NCBI GenBank assembly: GCA_038735125.1 | Contig: JAVYNU010000007.1 | Location: forward strand, 60,546-92,545 | Length of the DNA stretch: 32,000 nucleotides | DNA from: Ignisphaera sp. | GTDB lineage: Archaea > Thermoproteota > Thermoprotei_A > Sulfolobales > Ignisphaeraceae | Reading direction: 5' to 3' | Part shown: positions 16,734-22,715 of the stretch, one piece after another | Numbering within the stretch: position 1 is the first letter of the stretch | Layout of the letters: each line of letters begins with the position of its first letter | Translations under genes and position numbers: made by a program | The notes under the pieces: generated by a model | Seen by the model: the letters and a program-made list of their open reading frames with translations, nothing else | Database searches by the model: none | What the model was told of the DNA's origin: nothing

Positions 16734-17045
16734 TTAAAGCCCTTCCTCGCCAGCGCATTTAATGATCATGAAGTCCGTGTACAGCCCCTTATATTCGTGT
16801 TCTACCACATCAACTCGATTAATGGTGTATACCCTATTCTGGAGTACTCTGTCTATCAGTTCACGTATTTCACTGTCTATGCCTTCAACATATATCTCAA
16901 CACAGTCGCTATTAGGTATATTCATTATAAAACCTCTTAACCCAAGCATCTTTGCTATTCTCCAAATATATCTTCTAAACCCAACACCTTTAACTTCTCC
17001 ACAAATAGTAATTGAAGATGCTTTGAGCATCTCCCTCACCCTCAA
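16734..17045 (-). CDS. acylphosphatase-like domain protein
   Basis: ICGEVKGVGFRRYIWRIAKMLGLRGFIMNIPNSDCVEIYVEG matches the V-x-G-x-V-Q-G-V-G-F-R ... G-x-V-x-N signature. The catalytic Arg and Asn equivalents are both present. The TTG at 17045 overlaps the upstream stop; an alternative ATG lies at 17030. Confidence 0.75.
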   Translation of the reverse strand: MRVREMLKASSITICGEVKGVGFRRYIWRIAKMLGLRGFIMNIPNSDCVEIYVEGIDSEIRELIDRVLQNRVYTINRVDVVEHEYKGLYTDFMIIKCAGEEGL

Positions 17046-18451
17046 ACCAACTTAAATTGTGAAAGAATCTTTTTATCAGCAACAAACTTTTCCAGTGATT
17101 TCGGTGCTTCGACCTCCGGCTCACCCAAATCTACAACCTCGCCTATTACAGCTGGTTCTAGTCCCCGAGACTTCAGATCCCTAACTATATCCTCAGATAT
17201 TTCGCTAGGTGCGATAATTATGAAGGGCCCATTAGTTCCACTTGTAGCATTTGGAATCACATACAGCTTTGTTGCTATCTCCGATATCTCTGGGTATAGG
17301 AGAGGTACTGAGTATAGTCTTATCTTACTATTTGTTCTCTCTGCAAGCTCTTTAACAACAAAAATACCAGGTCCTGTGACGTCTGTTGTAACTGCTATGT
17401 GTTCATCTGGTTTGTATTCCTCTTTACTGGGTGGCAGATATTTGTACACAACCTCTGCAGCATGTATATTGGGTTTAGATATGAGTTCCACAACACTATC
17501 TTTTATTTTCTCTATATATTTCACATCTATGCCTTGTTTCTCTAGGTCTTTAACAAGGCTCTCATCTATTACACAGGATAGGTATAGGTTCAGTGGGGCT
17601 AGCTCTCCCATAGGCCTTGTTATGATGAGCTTCATACCCTTCTTGACCTTATCTTCAAATAGTGGCGGAGCTCTATCTGTGTAGCCAATAACAGTTGCTC
17701 CCATTAGTAGCCTCCCCTTCTTTGGCTGTATCACATCGATTATTTTGATGCCATATTGTTTTGAGTAAAGGTCTACATTCTTTAATAGCTTTCCTAAAAG
17801 TTCTTCTGTAGGAGCATTTACCACCGGTGCAATTCTTAGATCCTTGTACACACCTAAGACGAATATGTCGTTAAGTGCATTACTCAAAGCTCCGCTAACC
17901 TGCTTAAAGTCTCCAGGCTCTTGAGATGGATCTATAATATGAATTGTATCATTGTTAATAGCTGTAAAGCCCTCTAGTTTAGTTGATGGAGATATGAAAT
18001 CAAAAAGTGCAAACTCGTCTTCTGGAAACGGAGTTATAATTGAGTGTCCCTTTCCAACTACTATCTCTAAACCGCTTTTGGCAAGCCCTCTGTATACAGG
18101 CAAAACTCTGTTGATGAATCCCTCTGGAGAATCTGCATATCTCTGATACACTTGGACAACAGTAACAGAATAAAGCTTTTTATGTCTTTTCAAACTATTC
18201 TCCACATCGATATCAACTCCAAGAGGGTATATAGACCTATGAACCTCATCAGCACAGCCAGGCAAAACTAGGGCATCTTCTCTAGGTGCTATGAAAAACC
18301 TAGAGTTTTTAAGTTCATCCCTAATAGTCTTTAAGGCAGGGTAGACAACCCTTAGAAGATCAACCTTAACAGCACAGCCAGTTGCAAGCGCAAGCGGATT
18401 TAAGCCAAGTTTCTTATAATACTCAACTCTCTTGATAATCTCTTCAAACAT
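17042..18451 (-). CDS. SelD-like (selenophosphate-synthetase family, PurM superfamily) protein with internal expansion
   Basis: By-eye alignment to E. coli SelD gives these matches:
- N-terminal loop ATGCAVKV versus GAGCGCKI (Cys and Lys conserved).
- EDALV versus DDAAV.
- NALNDIFVLG versus NAISDIFAMG.
- KLIITRPMG versus KLFLTKPLG.
- TTDVTGPGI versus MTDVTGFGL.
- AVIGEVV versus TAIGELV.
I chose the ATG at 18451 because TAGGTGGCTTATG places a GGTG Shine-Dalgarno-like element 5-8 nt upstream. The ORF-track TTG is at 18478. Confidence 0.7.
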   Translation of the reverse strand: MFEEIIKRVEYYKKLGLNPLALATGCAVKVDLLRVVYPALKTIRDELKNSRFFIAPREDALVLPGCADEVHRSIYPLGVDIDVENSLKRHKKLYSVTVVQVYQRYADSPEGFINRVLPVYRGLAKSGLEIVVGKGHSIITPFPEDEFALFDFISPSTKLEGFTAINNDTIHIIDPSQEPGDFKQVSGALSNALNDIFVLGVYKDLRIAPVVNAPTEELLGKLLKNVDLYSKQYGIKIIDVIQPKKGRLLMGATVIGYTDRAPPLFEDKVKKGMKLIITRPMGELAPLNLYLSCVIDESLVKDLEKQGIDVKYIEKIKDSVVELISKPNIHAAEVVYKYLPPSKEEYKPDEHIAVTTDVTGPGIFVVKELAERTNSKIRLYSVPLLYPEISEIATKLYVIPNATSGTNGPFIIIAPSEISEDIVRDLKSRGLEPAVIGEVVDLGEPEVEAPKSLEKFVADKKILSQFKLV

Positions 18452-18458
18452 AAGCCAC

Positions 18459-18710
18459 CTACCTCTTCTTCTTAACAACTATTCTCCAAACACCTCTATC
18501 GATATTCTCAACACCTAGTACCTCATGACCATCGGCTTCAACAGCTTTTGGCACGTTCTCACAAGATGGCGGATTATCAGTTATAACCTCTAAGACATCG
18601 CCGGGATTGATCTGTGAAAGAGCTTTTCTAGTATATATGACTGGATATGGACATACAAACCCTCTGACATCAAGTACATACTTATTGTCGCCAATCTTTG
18701 CAAATCTCAA
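18459..18710 (-). CDS. tusA: TusA/SirA-family sulfur-carrier protein
   Basis: 83 aa with LDVRGFVCPYPVIYTRKAL (CPxP motif). TTG start. The stop lies 7 nt before the ATG of the SelD-like gene. Confidence 0.85.
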   Translation of the reverse strand: MRFAKIGDNKYVLDVRGFVCPYPVIYTRKALSQINPGDVLEVITDNPPSCENVPKAVEADGHEVLGVENIDRGVWRIVVKKKR

Positions 18711-18721
18711 TGTAAAAACAC

Positions 18722-18738
18722 CTATAACAATGTTATAG
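18722..18738. promoter_or_regulatory. perfect 17-bp palindrome CTATAACA-A-TGTTATAG, candidate operator overlapping the tusA promoter
   Basis: Read directly from the sequence. It lies 12-28 nt upstream of the tusA TTG start at 18710, where a TATA/BRE element of a leaderless or short-leader archaeal transcript would sit. Confidence 0.45.
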
Positions 18739-18838
18739 ATGTATGAATATATAAGTATTGCGAATTTGAATGCATAAAAAGTTGGATGGATTGTGTTAAA
18801 AGCAATATTCTTAATTTACATTAACAATCCTTATTATA

Positions 18839-18853
18839 TTAACAGTGTTATAG
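18839..18853. promoter_or_regulatory. second copy of the palindromic motif (TTAACAGTGTTATAG) upstream of yeeE
   Basis: 13 of 15 positions are identical to the 18724-18738 part of the first site. It lies 9-23 nt upstream of the ATG at 18862. Confidence 0.4.
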
Positions 18854-18861
18854 GTGATATA

Positions 18862-20109
18862 ATGGTCGATCACACTATAAATGACAGGGCAAATACTAAA
18901 GACGTTATCAGCTTTAAGAAGTATTTGGAGAGCAACTATTTTAGAAAGGTTTTCGGATCAGATGGATGGCCTATTGTGGTAGCAGGTATTTTAATAGGTT
19001 TAATAAATGTTGTATCATATGTATGGGTTAAGAAGCCTTTTACTGTGTATACAGGGTTTCTAAACTGGGGGCAGCACATATATAGCTTACTAGGCTTGAG
19101 CAGTCTAGCGGATACGCCTAAGACCTCGCCTCTTCTAGACCCTACAAGTGCTGGCGATATAGGGGCTATTTTAGGTGCTATGATAGCTGCTATACTATCT
19201 AATGAATTCCGTTTACGGGGGGTAGATAGACTAGGAGTTATTGAGAGTATTGTTGGGGGTGTTTTAATGGCTCTGGGAGTTTCAATGTCGTTTGGATGCA
19301 ACTGGGGAGGCTTTTTATCTGCTATAACATCTTGGAGTCTACATGGATATGCATTCCTATTAGGAGCCTTAGCAGGTGGCTATCTAGGACAAAGATATGT
19401 GCTGTGGAGAGCTGAGAAAACATTTAGACTAGAATCAAAAGTTGATCTCTCGATAGGCTCCGGCTATGAGAGAAAGCGTGAAGCTGGCCAATATGGCGTA
19501 TTGTTGGTTATACCACTAACAATAATAATTTTAGCATCTATTTACTACGCCTATATGAAAAGCTATATGATTGGTGGATTACTAATAGGCGTAACCATGG
19601 GCATGATACTACAGAGAGCAAGATTCTGCTTTGCAACAGCATTTAGGGATTTGTTTGGTGGCCCAGAGGCTCTAAGGGCAATCAACATTCATAAGGGAAT
19701 TGCTGTAGCAATGCTTGTAGGGGCTACGGGTGTTTTTGCACTAAAATACATGGGTTTGGCTGATATATGGATACTTGTCTCACCTGTTTATATAACTAAT
19801 GTGATTGGAGGAGCCATATTTATATTTGGAGCTATTATGGTTGGTGGTTGTGCATCGGGAATTCTATGGCGTATAGGCGAAGGCCATTTGAAAGCACTGA
19901 TAGGATTGATATCAACAGTTTTAGCATATCCAATGTTTGTCAATATTATTAGCAAGCGCTTAGTTACATACCCAAGAATCTTTATGCCAGGTGCGGTTGG
20001 CTGGATTGCTGCATATGCAATATTCATAATATTCATATCTATATATCTAATGCTTCTTCTCTATCAAGAGTATAGACTGCAGAGAGAAAGGGGCTTGTCA
20101 CAACGCTAA
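18862..20109 (+). CDS. yeeE: YeeE/YedE-family (TsuA-like) sulfur/selenium-compound transporter
   Basis: Polytopic membrane protein with the family's conserved Cys motifs (SFGCNWGG, RARFCFATAFRD, VGGCASGILWR). I chose the ATG at 18862, preceded by AGGTGA. The ORF track starts at 18793. Confidence 0.85.
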   Translation: MVDHTINDRANTKDVISFKKYLESNYFRKVFGSDGWPIVVAGILIGLINVVSYVWVKKPFTVYTGFLNWGQHIYSLLGLSSLADTPKTSPLLDPTSAGDIGAILGAMIAAILSNEFRLRGVDRLGVIESIVGGVLMALGVSMSFGCNWGGFLSAITSWSLHGYAFLLGALAGGYLGQRYVLWRAEKTFRLESKVDLSIGSGYERKREAGQYGVLLVIPLTIIILASIYYAYMKSYMIGGLLIGVTMGMILQRARFCFATAFRDLFGGPEALRAINIHKGIAVAMLVGATGVFALKYMGLADIWILVSPVYITNVIGGAIFIFGAIMVGGCASGILWRIGEGHLKALIGLISTVLAYPMFVNIISKRLVTYPRIFMPGAVGWIAAYAIFIIFISIYLMLLLYQEYRLQRERGLSQR

Positions 20110-20248
20110 TCCTTTTACGAATTCCAATTTCCTTTTTATCCAACTTTCATAGTTCAAAACCCATCTAAATTTGTTTTAGAATCTACAGACATGTCGCAAG
20201 CGTTACATTAAAAACACTTGTATAGCTATTTTGAGTTTGGGTGGCTCT

Positions 20249-20779
20249 ATGGCTAAGAGTAATTTGGTGCAAATTGCAAGAGCTTTAATATCATTGGTTA
20301 GAAGTGGTTGGATGCTAAGGGGTGTTCCCAGTGGTATTGCCGAGTCTGTTGCTAACCACAGTTTTCTAACAGCATATATATGCATAGAGATTGGCAGTAA
20401 AATTGAGGGCGTTAACATAGGCAAGCTTGTTCTATACTCTCTTCTACACGATGTTAGCGAGGCTTTTACTGGCGATATTGCTAAGGTGGTTTCTCTTCGT
20501 GTTGGTGCTGTGAAGAAGGAGTTGGAGTTAGATTTAATTGAAGAGAATGTTGATAATCCATTGGTTAAGAAGATGTTTAGAGAGTATTTAGAGCAAAAAG
20601 ACTTTGAATCTAAAGTAGCTAAGCTATGCAATTATATAGCCACATATCTAATAGGGTTAGAGTATAAGAGACTGGGCTACAAAGTCGATGATATAATAGA
20701 CAACACCTATAGAGATATCATGGAAATGACTAAAAAATATAATTTAGAGGAGATTGTTACTGAACTTCTCAACAGCTAA
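20249..20779 (+). CDS. HD-domain phosphohydrolase (YfbR-like 5'-nucleotidase type)
   Basis: ESVANHSF...LLHDVSEAFTGDI is the H...HD...D metal-binding pattern. I chose the ATG at 20249. Confidence 0.8.
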   Translation: MAKSNLVQIARALISLVRSGWMLRGVPSGIAESVANHSFLTAYICIEIGSKIEGVNIGKLVLYSLLHDVSEAFTGDIAKVVSLRVGAVKKELELDLIEENVDNPLVKKMFREYLEQKDFESKVAKLCNYIATYLIGLEYKRLGYKVDDIIDNTYRDIMEMTKKYNLEEIVTELLNS

Positions 20780-20860
20780 AGCTATGGTAATGGACATGTG
20801 AAGATAATTCTGTTTAAAGGTCTCTGCTTTAAATATCTCTGCTAGATAGATTCATTAAAA

Positions 20861-21043
20861 CTATACAATGCTTTGGGTACATATATACAGATCTTTTATC
20901 GGTCTATATACGGTTGGTATGCTTAGTCCATAGTATACATGCCTAGTTGTTTTAGGTGGGTACACACTCTTTCTGATATGCGCCATTTCTATGATGCTAC
21001 GTTTTGATGTGTGTATATCCTTTCTAAGTGAATATACATCCAC
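20861..21043 (-). pseudogene. displaced C-terminal portion of the ParB-like gene (out of frame because of the 13-bp duplication)
   Basis: This 60-codon ORF joins in frame with 21024-21380 if one copy of the 13-bp tandem repeat is removed. It has no convincing start or ribosome-binding site of its own. Confidence 0.5.
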
Positions 21044-21380
21044 ATAGTTTTGTAGATAATTTTTGTAGATAATCTACAAGAAATGTTGCTGCACATTTCA
21101 CACCAATTTTCTTAAGGGCTTCTACTCTGTGGTGCCCATCAAGAATAGTTAGAGTCCTTACATCGACTATTATCGGGTACTTCAAATATCGACTAACTTT
21201 CATCTCTTTTGCAATAAGCTCAACTAAATCGCTATAAACATCTTCATGTGGTCTAAGCATTTCTATGGGTATGTCGTATACCCTTAAACTATCTTTGTAT
21301 GGATTAAAATGAGATAGTTTATCTTTGCCAAAGGCTCTGATTAGAAAGGGCAATGTGTCTATATCTAAATCCATTGGCAT
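21024..21380 (-). CDS. ParB/sulfiredoxin-like domain protein, apparently truncated (possibly related to archaeal free-serine kinase SerK)
   Basis: IPIEMLRPHEDV and TILDGHHRVEALKKIG are ParB-like nuclease-domain motifs. It lies 13 nt downstream of the cysteine-synthase-like gene. Its last 12 codons are created by the tandem duplication. Confidence 0.65.
   Translation of the reverse strand: MPMDLDIDTLPFLIRAFGKDKLSHFNPYKDSLRVYDIPIEMLRPHEDVYSDLVELIAKEMKVSRYLKYPIIVDVRTLTILDGHHRVEALKKIGVKCAATFLVDYLQKLSTKLCGCIFT
21048..21073. repeat. perfect 13-bp tandem duplication TTTTGTAGATAAT x2
   Basis: Read directly from the sequence: 21048-21060 equals 21061-21073. The second copy also forms a palindrome with the following sequence (TTGTAGAT-A-ATCTACAA, 21064-21080). 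Confidence 0.95.
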
Positions 21381-21393
21381 GGCCTTCCCAAGA

Positions 21394-22578
21394 CTAGCTT
21401 ATATATCTAGATAACTGCTCTACATACTTAAAGCCGTGGTCTGGGAATATGAGGATGTAGTCACCTTCATCAAGAGCCCCCCTTTCTACAAGTTTTCTAT
21501 AGGCCATGTATACAGCCCCACTACTCAGCCCTATCAATATTCCATCTCTTCTAGCAACTTCTATAACGCCCTTGGCAGCCTCGTCAGGTTTAATATCTAT
21601 TACACCATCTATTTCCACATGGTGTACCCACTTCATACCGCTTTCAATTCTTCTAATGCCTTGGATGGCAGTCCCCTCTGCAGGTACAACACCATAGACC
21701 TTAACCCCGCTGAATCTGTTTTTGAAGTATAGGGCTATGGCTGACATGTGTCCAGATGTGCCTAAGCCCCCTATTATGGCCTTGGGCTTTATCCCAGCCT
21801 CTCTTATTTGAATCTCAAGCTCTTTAGCTGTATACCTTAAGTGAACCTCGAAGTTTGCATCGTTGTAAAACTGGTTTAGGTGTATAGCACCCTCAGTTTT
21901 TGCGACAGCCTCGACTTCGTCTATGAGATCTACTGTCAACGGTTTTGGTGATCTAACAACTTCTGCACCAAAGATTTTTAGAAGAAGTTCTCCCGTTAGA
22001 GAAACTGTTGAGGGTATATATGCTCTAAGCTTAGAGTTGTGGATATTAGACATAGCAGCTATAGCAAGCCCTGTATTTGTTGATGTGGACTCCACCAAAA
22101 GACCTAGCTGAAAACTGCCAAGTCTCTCAGCAGCCTTTCTATACATATACCATCCAATCCTATCCTTAACACTCATACTCCAAGGGTTAAAGCCTTCCAG
22201 CTTAGCCCACACAATCCTGCCGTCAACGGAAGATCTTGGCAACCTTACCAAAGGTGTTGGCCAATTTCTATACAAAAGCTCTTCAGTATCAGCAAAAACT
22301 CTGTACCTACTCGGATTAATTTCATCGAAAAAGCCCAGCCTTTCAAGAGGGACAAACGTGTTTTCTGCAGAGCCACGTGATACAGATATGTATTTAACCC
22401 CCAGTTTCTTTAAAGCAGCGCATAGCTTAGCATTTTCAACAACCCTTCCACTATCTACATCAATGGCTACTGTTTTGTCGACACCACCCTTTCTAAGAAT
22501 CTCGCTTACAATAGCTATAAACTCTTCGAGCTCTAGTCTATCGCTGCAAACCACTTTACCAATATCTTCTAGATACAC
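21394..22578 (-). CDS. cysteine synthase family PLP enzyme, long archaeal O-phosphoserine sulfhydrylase-like form with an extra N-terminal domain
   Basis: PLP-lysine motif NPWSMSVKDRIG, TSTNTG, GLGTSGHMSA and GLSSGA identify the fold-type II Trp-synthase-beta family. At 394 aa it carries a roughly 90-aa N-terminal extension. GTG start. Confidence 0.85.
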   Translation of the reverse strand: MYLEDIGKVVCSDRLELEEFIAIVSEILRKGGVDKTVAIDVDSGRVVENAKLCAALKKLGVKYISVSRGSAENTFVPLERLGFFDEINPSRYRVFADTEELLYRNWPTPLVRLPRSSVDGRIVWAKLEGFNPWSMSVKDRIGWYMYRKAAERLGSFQLGLLVESTSTNTGLAIAAMSNIHNSKLRAYIPSTVSLTGELLLKIFGAEVVRSPKPLTVDLIDEVEAVAKTEGAIHLNQFYNDANFEVHLRYTAKELEIQIREAGIKPKAIIGGLGTSGHMSAIALYFKNRFSGVKVYGVVPAEGTAIQGIRRIESGMKWVHHVEIDGVIDIKPDEAAKGVIEVARRDGILIGLSSGAVYMAYRKLVERGALDEGDYILIFPDHGFKYVEQLSRYIS

Positions 22579-22593
22579 AAATTTTGATCACCA

Positions 22594-22607
22594 ATAACAA
22601 TGTTAAT
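22594..22607. promoter_or_regulatory. third copy of the palindromic motif (ATAACAATGTTAAT) upstream of the cysteine-synthase-like gene
   Basis: The 12-mer ATAACAATGTTA is identical to the core of the 18722-18738 site. It lies 16-29 nt upstream of the GTG start at 22578, in the divergent intergenic region shared with iscU. Confidence 0.45.
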
Positions 22608-22715
22608 GGGCCAGGAATAAAAAGCTTTTCGGCTTAAAAAGCGAAACAAAGGTTTTGGTATAGGCCTTGGGGCTGTCTTCACATAGACAAGCTTTATATT
22701 TCTATTTGTATAAAT

